Origin: Callorhinchus milii | Taxonomy: Eukaryota | Reading direction: 5' to 3' | Assembly (NCBI RefSeq): GCF_018977255.1 | Contig: NW_024704742.1 | Location: forward strand, 71,984,001 to 72,048,000 | Length of the DNA stretch: 64,000 nt | Shown here: in pieces, positions 37,701 through 51,299 of the stretch | Layout: each line of letters starts with the position of its first letter | How positions within the stretch are numbered: the first letter of the stretch is position 1 | Program-made: the position numbers and the translations under genes | The notes under the pieces: generated by a model | Seen by the model: only the letters and a program-made list of their open reading frames with translations | Databases searched by the model: none | What the model was told of the DNA's origin: nothing

Positions 37701-38349
37701 AATTCACTGTACAGTGTAGTGACACTGTGATTACACAGTCAGTGGTAGCGGTTCATCTATATCATGGAGGGATTCAACGAGACATTGGGGTAATCGAATA
37801 GAATAATATTAATTCCCTGTGTTAAATATCTGAAGACCTGTCTGTCTCTCTTTCAGTCTCTCTCGGTCTCTCTCTCTCTCTCTGATTTATTTATCACAAA
37901 CCATGGAAATATATATATTGAAATCTCCTTTCATTTTACGGCCGACTCCTGTGAGGGGCAGAAATCAAACGAATAATTCGTAAAACGCCTCAAATTTACG
38001 AAACATGCGGAGAGGGGAGAGGGGGGATTGAAATTGTTTTTTTTAAATCATCTTTACCCGAGTTTCTCTGCAAACACAGTCACTCCACCTGACAGCAATG
38101 GCTGTGAATTATTTTCTCTAACGTTAGGGGCATCTTAAAAGTGTACGTTTCCCTTTTCAGCCTCTCTTGGTAATTAATAATATATATTTTTATTTAAAAA
38201 GTTAAATCATTGAGTTATTTTGAGTTATGTAATTTCTGCTTTGGCTTGCAAGTATTTTTTTTTAATTGAGGCTTTCTGAAATCATTGGCTGGTTTCAGTT
38301 AACAGTTAGGCAAAGCGAAACTCGCATCTCTAGAAATATTCGTTGAAAG

Positions 38350-38762
38350 GAGGAGCAGAGAAAGGAGAGAAGGAAAAGAGGGAGAGAGAGAGAGAGAGAA
38401 GAGGGAGAGAGAGAGAGAGAAGAGGGGGATAGAGAGAGAGAGTGAGAGCAAGAGGAGAGAGAGAGATAGAGAGCGAGAAGAGGGAGAGAGAGAGAGAGAG
38501 AACGAGAAGAGGGAGAGAGAGAAGGTGAGAGAGGCAGAAACAGAGAGAGGGGAGAGAGAAAGAGAGTGAGAGAGTTAGAGGAGAGGGGGAGAAAGTGAGA
38601 GTCAAGGAGCGAGAAGAGCAGGGAGAGAGAGAGAGAGAGAGACAGAGAGAGGTGAGAGAGAGTGAGAGAAGAGGGATAGGGTGAGAGAGGCACATAGAGG
38701 AGATCAGAGAGAGAGAGGCCGAAAGAGAGAATGAGAGAGGAAGGAAGGAGAGAGGAGAGAGG
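38350..38762. repeat. GA-rich low-complexity tract
   Basis: Polypurine on the + strand. Confidence 0.9.
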
Positions 38763-41700
38763 GTTAACTGTGGATGGAACTGCATTTCTTACAATTTAGC
38801 CCATGGGGGAAGCACACATGTGATGGCTCTCGGACTGTGTGTGCGTTTCTCTCTCTTTTCACCGAATGACCCTAAAGTCGGTTCCCATTGAAATATATTT
38901 ACATAAATATCAATGTACATTGCAATAAATAACAGCCCGAGTTTCGCGCTGAATATGCAGATGACATATCCCACCAGCGATCAGCCTGTTATATTATTAA
39001 ATACATATACACACCAGAAAGTCTAAATAATTCATCAGAAAGTATAAGAATAATGAATTATTGCTGCATTATTTATCATGCTGATTCTAAATTTCAGCGA
39101 GCGCAACTCACATACACTCACAGACACACACACACTCTCACACTTACACACTCACACCCACGCACACACACACACACAGTCACTCACACACATTTACACA
39201 CACAAGTACACACACGCCAATAATATATGCACCGCACACAAACGCAGACACACGTACACAAATACATACACACATTCACAAACAAATACACACACACACC
39301 TACACATAAATACACTTACACACACACTCACGCACATACACACCAATAACAAATCATATTTGTATAGTGCGTGAGGTGGGGTGGATTTACACACATACAC
39401 ACATATACACAGTCACATATATATATATATATATACACACACAGACACACTCACATACAACAATAACACAATAATTACATTTGTAAAGCGCCTTTCACGT
39501 CGGGAGGGCGTCCCAAGGCACCGGACAGTCAGTATTTTGGACACACAGGGATGCGACTAAGTGGGAAAGGACAGATGTACTGTATTCTCTGCTGCCGGTG
39601 TCCCGTTCTTCTCTCACAATTAAACCATCAAAAACAACAGCATCAACATTAATGTGATATTACCAAAGGTTTAAGCGCACAATGTTACCGTCTAAAAGTG
39701 AAATTACCTGAGCCGATTCTGTTTGGAAATGGAAATATACACAATGTCAAGTTAACAGCCACAGCGCCTTTCTCTCTGTATATATATATAATTATATTAT
39801 ACCAAGTAAAAACTATTAAACAGCGATAAATGGATAAAAAGGGCAACAGACAGACGAAAGCCCAATAGTTACAGTTTACAAGGCTCCGTTTCTGTTATTG
39901 GAAAATCACATATTTTATTTTTATTTACGTTTCTATATGATTTCCCTGTAGTTTGCGACAATGTCTGTCTGTCTGTCTGTCTAATCGCTTATTGCCTTCG
40001 TGGCTGTTTGTGGGATGTTGCTGTGTGTAAATTGGCTGCCGTGTTAGCCTACACATACAATCACTTTACACTAAACTCTATGAGGCCCTTTGAGATGTAC
40101 AGACTATGTGATAAGGCGCTGTATCAAATGTGTTATGATCACCTGTCTGTCTGTCTGTCTGTCTGTGTGCAGTGACTGTATGGATTGTAGTTATTTATAT
40201 CACTGATCTCCTTACTCATGCCCTTCTCTGTAGCCAATCACCCACATTCTCAGTATCACAAAACACAAGATGACATTGCTCAATGGGCAATTAAATACAA
40301 CATTTATTCCCGCTTCATTCCAGTGGAGACGGTAAAGAGGAGGTCTGCCTAGCAGCACACATACACACATCCCCCCACCCCACCCCACCACAAACATACA
40401 TATACACCTCCCCCCCACCCCACACACTCCCTCCCACAAATACACACAAGCCACACCCCCCCCCCCCATCTCACACATAAATACACTCCACCCCCACCCT
40501 CCCATCCCCACACACTCCTACACACAAACAATGCCCCCCACATATACGCACTCACCCACACACTAACCCCCCCCCCCCCACTCCACCCACAAACACATAC
40601 ATAGTGGTAACACTTTCCATATGTGTGGCTGCTACACATATAGAAAGTGGGGTCGGGCCTGACCCAGGCGGCTCGCATATTCCATTCCAGGGCACTGCTG
40701 ATGGCAGTACAGCCCAGCCTGGCTCATCAACAGGACCTGGAAGGGCAAACCAGTCACTGGGGGCAGGGAATCCTCCCACTCAGCCCCTGTTCACCCTGCA
40801 ACCCATCACCCTGATGGGTAGGGTGGTCCTAGCTGGACAACAACAACAAAATTATACAGTTTTGTAACACATCGGGAGGATGTCCTAAGGCAAATACAAT
40901 CAATGTTTTGGACCCAGGCTGGGGTCAGAATCGGGGAGGGTGTGGTGTAGGGAGGGAAGGTAACCAAAGGCACAGTCGAAGAGGAGAGCCTTGAGACAGG
41001 TCTTGAAGAAGGCATGGCACTGTGGGACGGAGTTCCAGAGGATGGGGGCAAAGTAGCTGAAGCGGGTGAAGTGGGGGATGTAAAGCAGGCTGGAGGTAGG
41101 GGGTTAGAAGGTTGCAGAGGTAGGGGGCAGCAAGGCCATGGAGGACTTCGAAAGTGAGGAATAGGATCTTGAACTGTATCCTCTGTGTGATGGAAAGCCA
41201 GTGGAGTCAGGCAAGGATGGGCTGATAGGGTTGCAGATCCTGGTGAGGGAGAGGAAAGCTTGCAAGACTGTGCTATCAATGGCAAGCTATGCAGTTTTAG
41301 TTGATTTGTCTCCAACCGTTACTCCAACACACACTCTGGCATCGCCAAGCCTTGGCTCTTGCCAACCTGCACCTAATACTCTCTGGAATTAGGTAAGCAG
41401 AATGCATCCCTTCCAGGGAGAGAGTGCACATTCCATTCCAACAATCTATCTATGGCATTTCCATGTGTAAATGGGATGCAAGGAATTCTCAATTTGGCTT
41501 GGATAGTCTTAAGCATGGTGATGGGTTTCCGCGTGGGTTGCGGCGTTCCAGCACTTTGGTTCCAGCGCTTTGAGACGTTCTCCCGACGTGAAAGGCGCTC
41601 TATAAACGTAATTTTGTTGTTGTTGTTGTGTGTCAGACCCCNGGCTGACCAAAAAAAAATGCCCACCAAACCACATTCATATGTCCCTTCCCATTCGTCC

Positions 41701-42701
41701 GGCCACAGCTCTCTCTCTCCCCGTTATCTTTTAATCATCGATTCTGTTTGAATCCTCAAAGTGCTGAGGTTACAGTTTCCAGTGATCGGTGATCTTTTGC
41801 CACTGACTGGAAGCCTCTCTCACTGCCATCCCCCCACCCCCCCCTAAAAAAACCCCACCTCAAACACACACCAATGGTAGTGCTGTTCTGGTGGGGGAAG
41901 CCTGCCCACTCACACTCTGCCTGACCTGCTAAAGTTAGGAGCAAACTATACCGCGACCAGCACTGCCTGATACCTCTAATACATCAGAGCACAGAGCCAT
42001 CTCACTGCACACTTTATATTGTTTGACTAAAGCAATGGTGTTACATGTGCACAGCACTGCCAGTCCAGCCCTCCAGGGCCCCTCTCCATAGACATGTTGA
42101 ACTCCCTCTCTCTCTTTCTCTCTCTCTGTCGCTCTCGCTTTCTGCCTCTCTGGGTCTCTCTCTAATGCTCTCTCCTCTTCTCTTAACGCTTTCTAATTCT
42201 CTCTCAGTCTTTCTCTCACTCTGGTCTCTTTCTCTGCAACTCTTTTGACTCTCTAACTCTCTCTCTACACACGTCTGTTGTTCTGTCGAGAACAGACAGG
42301 TTCTGTGAAGCAAAGGTTAGTCACGGGATAATCCCCCGCCCTTCATTCCCACTCTGTAAGTGACCTTACCTGTGTCTGGCCCTCATGCCGCCTCGAGAGA
42401 TACGTTCAACTCTCACGCTTCCTGTCACTCTCTGTGTCTTCCTCTGCCTCTCTCTCTTCCTGTCCATCACTCTTTCTCTGTCGCTCTCGCTTTCTGTCTT
42501 CTGTATCTCTCTCTGTCTCTCTCTAACTCTCCTCATGTCTCTCTCTCACTCCTTCTCCGTCTATCTCACTCTATCTGTCTCTCCATCTCTCTCTCTCTCG
42601 CTCCCCCCACCCCCCTCTCTCTCTCTCTCTCTGTCCAGCTCTCTCTTTCTCTCTCTCTTTCCGTCTCTCTCTTTCTCTCCGTAACTAACTCTCTCTTTCT
42701 G

Positions 42702-42732
<31 letters not shown>

Positions 42733-45676
42733 CTCTCTCTTTCCGTCTCCATCGCTCGCTCTTCTATTTCTTTCGACCTCTCTGATCTCCAGTTCTCTCT
42801 CCCCGTCTCCCTCTCTTTCTAACTCTTTTTCTCTCTCTCAGGAACAGACAAGTTATGTGAAACGAAGGTAAAATCTCAGTGAGACACAGGACACCCCGCC
42901 CCCTTTCCCCAATACTGCGAGGCCCTTTAGTCCAGAAAGGTGATTTGTTTATAAAACAGTTAAAAAGTATATTTTGAGAGAGCTCCTCCATTCTCAGTTT
43001 TTTTTTTAAACATTTATTAGACGTTTTCAAAACTATAATTTAGATTAAGTGCGATATTCTGGGAAGTAAAATTGTGGATTCTAAGATAAAAATGCGTAAG
43101 AGACAGAAATGGGCACATTATCCGCACAGTGACACCTTATCTCCAGGCAGTGATATACCTATACTGTTTCCCCCAAACAGCCACAGAGTTGGGAGCTGGT
43201 TTTCTTACACACTCACTCTCACATCCACTCACTCGCACACACAAAGTCGCATAGTCACTCTTACTCAGACACACACCCACTCATACTCTCACGCACTCAT
43301 CTCTCTCACTCACTCACATACTTTACACACATTGTCTCACACATTTACTAACTCACATTCACCCACTGACACTCACACATACTCTCTCACACTCACTCAC
43401 ACCCACAGGCTTATGAAATGTAACATCCCCCCAAACGCAGTGAGAGAGACAGAATTAGCTAACGCTTTCAAAAGAGATATTTGGACTAATAATTTTGCAA
43501 AATGATTTTTTAAAATAAAATCAAACTGCGAGGATTATTGCTACTATTATTGTTATTGTAATTCAAAGATTATTATTATTATTACAGTAGAATACATTAG
43601 AATATACAGCACAGAAACGGGGCATTCGGCCCAACTGGTCTATGCCGGTGTTTATGTCCACAGGAGCCTCCTCCTGCCCTTCCTCAACTAAGCCATCAAG
43701 CATAACCTTCTAATAATGGCAATAATAATTAAATTCAAGTTGTTGCCATTATTTTTGTTATTACTATTGTTGTTATTAGAGAGTTTATAACTTAACCAGC
43801 AAACACTTGCATGTTTTAAGACATTAAAAGGATAGGGAACAGTGCAAGTTAACGCAGAAACAAAAAGAATTCCTGAGCGAAAGACATCAGCAGAAGGTCA
43901 CAACCCCATGTAAATGGCTGTGTAAATGTAAATTATATCGGAGAGCAGAAACTCCTCTGGTCTCAGCCCATGTCAAACGCATTTTGTATTCAAACGCTAA
44001 CATTGGCACACAAATTGTGGGGGAGAAAAATCCTTACATGGAAAGCGGAATCCAACTGATAAAACTTCCCAATTAGAGGATTTCACAAAATAACTAAAAT
44101 ATTAAAACGAAAAAATAAATAAGGTACCCCAGACTAGGACCAGGTGAAATTTACAGCCTCTGATGTTTGGGGCTGTAAAAAAGGCGGGTAAAAAATATAC
44201 ATTATTTTCATCATTATTATTTTCACCACTTTCACTCAACAAATAAGGCATTTTAAAGTTTGTTTTTAACAACCCTTTTGACTTCGCTTTCTATTCTTTG
44301 AATTATCTCAATGATGTGATAAGGCACTGTGTCAAATGCAAGGATTATTCCACTATTATTATAATTACACCGGTCAGAATCAGCGCCAAGCCAGGGTGGG
44401 TGAGAGGTGAGGGCTGGTCACATCTCTCATCCTGACTGATAGTTTATGGTTCTCTTTTTGGACCTTTCTTCTCTGGGAGTTTGGTTCAGTACAGGATGAC
44501 CAGACTATTCACTGCACCAGGTCACAGGCAGTGTGTGTCCATATCTGTGCGTGTGTACGTGTGAAAGTTTAGCTAGAAGTTACACATCATTAGCTGGTTA
44601 GACTCCAGCAGTTACCCCCAATGCACACTCTGGGGTCCCCAAGCCTTGGCTCCAACGTGTACCTAATACTCTTCGGAATTAGGTAAACAGGATGTGTCCC
44701 TCCAGAGAGAGTCCACATTCCATTCCAGCAATCTGTCTCTGGGATTTCCATGTGTAGGTGGGATGCATGGAAATCTCAGTTTGGTTTGGATCCTCTTAAA
44801 CACAGTGATGGGTTTCCACATGTGTCAGACACCCAACTGACCAAAACAACATTACACAGGCGTCTAAGATTTCTTCAAACCTCTTTATATCAGGAATAGG
44901 TTAAGAATTGGGTTCAGGGAAACCAGCTAGGAATTCACATTCAACTTTCCCGCTGAAGTCTTTCGCTCCCCGTTGTCTCTGTGTCTCTGTCTCTCTCTGT
45001 TTCCCTCACTGTGTCTCTGTGTCTCTCTGTGTGTCTCTCTCTATCTCTCTGTGTGTCTCTCTCTATCTCTCTGTGTTTGTGGGTCTCTCTCTATTAGCCC
45101 TCGCACCCTTTCCTGTTTTTTGTGTAAAGAACGATCAAAAAGCGAATAGACGGTGACACTATCCGGTGGAGTATTCTTGGATGTGTTAAGAGATGGCTTG
45201 AGAGCGTTATATAATATATACTGAATATATACACATATCTCCTGTCATGTTGTCACTGGTGAAATTCAGTAGCGTTAACACAAACACACATAGACCCCAC
45301 ACCCACATACACACACGGAGCCCTCCCCCCACATACACACAGCCAGACATGTAGATACAACCAGACACACGCACACACACACAACCCAACACATGCATAT
45401 ACACAATTCAGCACAAACACACGCACACACACACAACCCACCACATGCATATACACAATTCAGCACACGCACACAACCCACCACATGCATATACACAATT
45501 CCGCACACGCACACACACACAACCCAACACATGCATATACACAATTCAGCACACGCACACACACACACAGCACAGCTCACAGTACTCCAGCGCCTTGGCT
45601 AAGATTTCCCGCGCATTGATTCCTCACTAAAACCTCCAACCGCTTCTTGGGGTACCCGCACCCCCAGTCTACAGCT

Positions 45677-45750
45677 CATCCCATACAGAGAGAGTTTGTA
45701 CATCCCATACAGAGAGAGTTTGTACATCCCATACAGAGAGAGTTTGTACA
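45677..45750. repeat. 24-bp tandem triplication of CATCCCATACAGAGAGAGTTTGTA
   Basis: Three identical units. Confidence 0.9.
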
Positions 45751-45869
45751 TGGCCTTCTGATCGTCATCTGTTAATTACTGATCACATGCACTGAAAAAC
45801 TCAGTCTCTCACACACAAAAACAATCCATACAACTCTCTCTGTATCTCTCTCTGTATCTCTCCATCCAT

Positions 45870-46940
45870 CTGCTTTGTGTTTGCCAATCAGTGTTGGAGT
45901 GATGGGGACAGGAAATTACGTTGTGGCAGTGAGTTAATTGGAGGGCTGTGGCTGTCCCCCACTTCACCTCCTCCTCCCCCCCCCACTTCACTTCCTCCCC
46001 CCACCCCTCGCCGGTGAGCGCCACCTGGAGCAGGTCACTGCTCCCCGGTGAGCGGAAGGGACAGCGTTTACCGTTCACCGGGAAGACCTCGTAGACTGTG
46101 AAGCCTTATGTGTTGGGAAGGATGATGACAGGAGATTTCGTAACGGTGTAGAGGACTTGTGTACCGCCTCTGTCCCCACCCCCATCTCTCTCTCTCTTTC
46201 TCTCTCTCTCACACTCTCTCTCTCTCTCTCTCTCTTGTGTGTGTGAGACGGTTTGCTCAGCCCCAAAACCGGCCAAACCCGCACCAGACGCCGGAGATGG
46301 AGAGGCCTTGGGCGGGTTACACAAGGTGACAATTGGCGTCTCTTCCCTCCCGGCTCCATCCATCCTCCATCCAACCTTCCCCCGGACTTTGGGCAAACTT
46401 GCGGCGTCGCTGGATCCTGAACAGGGAAGAGAGAGGGAAAGGGAGAAAGAAAGGAAAGGAAGGAAGAGGGAGAGAGTGAGAGAGAAAGAGAGGGGGGGAG
46501 AGAAAGAGGGAGGGAGAGAAAGAGGGAGAGAAAGGGGGAAAGAGAGAGAAGGGGGTCAGACCCCGAGCAGGTTGGGCAGATACGCGGTGTGAGCATTGAT
46601 GCGGGTCCCGGGAGCGCGGTGTGAGTTCCCCGGGAGTTCAGCACAGCGGACAGCGCCGACCTCAGCCCCCAACACCCCAACCTCAACCCCCAACCCCAGC
46701 CCCAGCCGCAAACCGTAACCCGCAGCCCCAACTCCTAACCCCCAATCCCAGCCCTGCACACCGAACTGCAACCAATGTGCTTTTGTTGCTTATCTAACGG
46801 AATTAATTCGATTGCAAAATAGAGGGATTTTATATCAAATTATACCCCCCCCCCCCACGCACACACACACAAAAGCTACCCCCACCCCCACCCCCGAACA
46901 ACACGATACTGGGAGTTTGGAGGCTTCAGTTGAGCTCAGA
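45870..46940 (+). promoter_or_regulatory. CpG-enriched promoter and 5' UTR region of VAX2
   Basis: Raised CpG density upstream of the ATG; CCAAT near 45884 and 46772; TSS not determinable. Confidence 0.55.
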
Positions 46941-47204
46941 TGTTTGACCAAGCGACCAGCCTGGGAGCCGGGGGGAGCGAGGGGAGAGAGCGGGGAGCGC
47001 CGGACAAAGGCGGGGAGAGCCGACCTCCAGCCCGGGCCCCGGGGAGGGGGGTCAGAGACAGCCTGGGGCCCTGCGCCCCCACCCCCACACCCACACCCAC
47101 TCCAATCCCGTTCCCAACCAAAACCCACACCCCGTCCGAGGAAGGAAGCGACGCCAAACTATCCCAGGGAGACCCTGACTACTGCAGGCGCATTCTGGTC
47201 AGAG
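46940..47204 (+). CDS. VAX2: VAX2 exon 1 (88 codons plus 1 nt)
   Basis: Starts MFDQATS as in fish Vax2; ends DPDYCRRILVR followed by G|GTGAGG, the conserved Vax exon-1 boundary; phase 1 matches exon 2. Confidence 0.92.
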
Positions 47205-47670
47205 GTGAGGATGTGTGTGTATACATCATTGGTGTATGTGTGTGTATATATTATTTATGTGCATATTATTTGTGTGTGAATGTATATTTGTATTATTTGT
47301 GTGTGTGTATATATGTACATTTGTGTTTGTGTGTGTTCGTTTCTGTGTGTTTACTTATTTACTTATTTATACATTTACTTCTACGTGTGTATTATTTCTG
47401 TGCGTATTTGTTGTATTTATTATGTGCATGAGTTGGGGTGGGGGGGAGGGGGAGAAAAAAGTTTTGAGGTTGGAGATTATTTCAGGCAGAGAAGTTCTCA
47501 GTGAGTGTGAGAGGGAATGTGTGAGAGAGAATGTGTGTGTGTGAGAGAGAGAGAGTGTGTGGCGAGTGTCTGTATATGTGTGTGTATATATATATCCGTG
47601 TATGGGAGGGTGTGTGTATATATATATGTATGTGTGTGTAACTACATCTATGTGAGTGAGTTTTTGAGTG

Positions 47671-47702
<32 letters not shown>

Positions 47703-48059
47703 ATGTTTGTGTGAGTGAGTATCTGTGAGTGTGTTTGAGTGGGATCCGGCCCGGCCTGGCCCTACGTGACGTTAGGAAGATTTTGCTTTGAAAATCCGTA
47801 TTTTACATTTTCTGCTCCGAATTGGCGAGTTTCACAGCCAGGGCAGAGGCTGAATTGTTTCCCGTTGTTTGTCTTTACAAACCGGATATTTCCGCGGACA
47901 CGCACTCACATACACACACACATATCTGGTAGATATGTGACACGATGCTCGCAATAACAGTGACTTTGTCACAGTTAATTCAAAGGCAGAAATCGAATCG
48001 GGAAAGCGTCTGATTGTAATTAACAAAATAGAGGTGGGGGAGGGGGAGGGGGAGGGAGG

Positions 48060-48335
48060 GAGAGAAAGAGGCAATACAGAGAAAGAGGGAGAGAGGCAAT
48101 GCAGAGAAAGAGGGAGAGAGGCAATGCAGAGAAAGAGGGAGAGACACAATACGGAAAGGGAGAGGCAATACAGAGAAAGAGAGAGGCAATACAGAGAAAG
48201 AGAGAGGCAATACAGAGAAAGAGAGAGGCAATACAGAGAAAGAGAGAGGCAATACAGAGAAAGAGAGAGGCAATACAGAGAAAGAGAGAGGCAATACAGA
48301 AAGGGAGAGAGAGAGATGCAATACAAAGAGAGAGA
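48060..48335. repeat. 21-bp minisatellite AGAGAGGCAATACAGAGAAAG
   Basis: Directly visible. Confidence 0.9.
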
Positions 48336-50619
48336 AAGCCATTTCTCTCAGCAATAACCCGCTACAAACCGGGGTTTGTGTTTAGGAAGTTGTGTTCTCT
48401 CTCTCTCTCGCACATGGTGTGAGTTTGTGTGCACTATTTTACCGAATTTCAATCTGTTTGGGTTATATTTTTCGATGTGAAAGTGACCTCAGAGGCCAGC
48501 GAGAGGCGGCTTCAATTCCCTTTCTCATTCCCCCCAGCTCTCCCAGCAAACCCCCAAACCCGCTCTAGTTTTATAAATGCGCTTTATTATTTTTATAATA
48601 TCATTTCTTGTCCCACAATTTAAGGTCAAACAGCGGCTTTGGCCCAGCGCGGCGTGGGCTCTGTGTGCGACTGAATATAATTAATGTTTACTATTTATTA
48701 ATGTGCTAAATTAACCTTATAATCCATCCCTCCCTCGTATCTGTGGGCCTGAGATTCATATAACATTTACATTTGTCTGTGGGTAAAATAGCGAATTGCG
48801 GTTATAGCACGAATTGGGAGGCGCTGGACATAACATGCTATAGTTTCTGGTGACATCTCTGAGTTGAGGGGAATTTTATAGCTTGACTTTCACACAAATT
48901 ATTAGTTAATATCATTTTTTAAGTCGCTAATAAAGCGCTCGATTCGCAAAATGCACTGTAACGTTTTAACGGAGAAAATCTTCCAGCTTTTCACTTAGAA
49001 AACATCGTATTGATTGATTTATTAGCCTAATATTCTGCTGTATTTTATTTTTAAATTTAAACGCAAATCTATTATACATAAATAAATAATATATTTACAT
49101 TTAAATTTAAAAATAAAAATAAAACATGTATCTAAATAAGGCGACACCGCGTTTGTTTTCGCTGTGTCAGGGCCGAGAATGCGAGATTCGCAATTGATGT
49201 GATTCGCACACGGCAGGGAAGGCGTTGGGAGAAGTCTGTGGTCGCTCGTTTTCGGGGAAGACGGAGAGATAGGAATATGTCTTCGTAAAAATAAACCGTG
49301 TGTAAAAAAAAAAAATCCAATAAAATAAAATTCAATATTTTCACCCACAAAAGACACTGTCAATTAACTCACTTTACAGTGCATTCTGTGGAGCGCTTTG
49401 AGACGTCTCGAAGACGTGATGAGGCGCTATAATCAAATGCAATGATTGCTATTGTTATATATTTTATATTAAAATCTATACTACCTATTTAGAGTGTGAT
49501 CTCTCTCTCTTTCACTCTCCCCAGACAGTGTAGATATATTTCGATGTAATTACAATCCTAGCAAACAGCAAATATAACAGGAATCACCCTTTAAAAGCTG
49601 TCTATCTGAGAGGAATTAATATAAATTCACAGATATTTACTGCTGTGGATTTTACGATGACCAAAGCGTTTAATTTTACATTTCCTCAACTTTCTAACAG
49701 TGTAAATTTCGTATTACCTCAAACAAAATAGCCTCAAATAATGCGTTTTCATTTAGCGCCTTAACCCCGCCTTTTGGGAATATTCAATTGTCAAAAATAT
49801 TACAATCAAAATATAAAAGTATATTATGTGAAGCTTATTTTGATGAAGTGAAAAGCTCATCCCTTCATAAAACGTATTTGTATGAAGATCTAAGGCGCTA
49901 TATCAAATGCAATGATGATGATTTATTATTATCAAAATGCACTATACATTGTACATATATCTGTATATTAGAGGGTTTGGGATAGCGGTGTTCAGTGTGT
50001 GTATGGGCTAATTTATATACTGTTTTCACATCCACACACTCGAAGAAAAAACTCACTATTATGATTGTAATGGTACTATTATTACAAAAAAAATTAAAAT
50101 GATCATTTGCCTTTTTAAATAACGTTATTTCCTTCCCAACCAAATATTAGCTGTGTTTTGCAATGGGGATATTTCCCGAGGTTTGACAAAACCACATTGA
50201 CACTTATTTACTCCAGTTATTTTACCACAGTAAATTGCTGTAAAATGGGATGTGAATTGGTGTGAGTTAGCAGAGCGGTTTTGTGTCGAGATTTCACAGT
50301 TTCCGTTGAAATATAAACCTCCCGTTAAAATGGGTATTTGGGTGACAAACGCACAGTCAGAAAGTAGTCCAAGCTGCAGACATTGGGTTGTTGCTGTGTG
50401 GTTTTGGTGATCTTAAATTTAGTTGTAAAATCGCAAACCTAGTTTGAATTTGGTGCTTTTTTACACACGAAATTTCTATATCGAGAGAGAGAGGGAAGGG
50501 GAGAGGGAGAGAAAGATAGCGAGAAAGACAGCGAGAAACAGGGAGAGAGATGGAGGGTAGAGGGAGAGAAAGACAGAGAGAAAGAGGGAGAGAGACGGAG
50601 GAGAGAAAGATTGAGAGAA

Positions 50620-50656
<37 letters not shown>

Positions 50657-51299
50657 AAGAAAGAAAAAAAGAGAAAGGAGAGAGAGAGAAAGAAAAGGAA
50701 ATAGATTTAATTTCAAAATTGCCACCAGACTAACAAGTATGTTTTGAATGCGGACCAATTATTAATACTCCTAATATTTTACTGCAATTGTACGTGAATA
50801 TTGTAAATATATTACAAAATATTTCGCCCACAAAATACAGTCACTAACTACACTTTACAGTATATTCTGTGAAGCGTTTTGAGACATCTTAACGACGTAT
50901 ATATCAAATCCAAGGATTATTCTTAAATCTATATTTATTAACGTTATATGTTTATTTTCACTCGATCTAAAATGTTCACAGATCAAGTGGGCTTATATTT
51001 TATATACAATTATATGTATATCTTTTATATATATATATATTTTATATATATAAATGATACACACAGCGAGAGAGACGGACTTAATGGTTCGACTGAAACA
51101 ATAACGCGGCGTTTCTACCGCAATAAATCTTTGGGAAAAGAAATATAAATTAATATTATAAATATAAAGTAGATTCTGAGATTACAATATGGGCCTGAAA
51201 TATCACAGGCGAATAATTTAAAAATTATAGATTTTTTTCAGAGCCAAACTGTGCTATTTTAACGAGAAATCTCGCTCCCTTATTTCTGAAACGGTTACA

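Noticed and set aside
44151..44180. Hairpin TTTACAGCCTC-loop-GGGGCTGTAAA
   Set aside because: A short isolated palindrome, too small for a pre-miRNA, with no other support.
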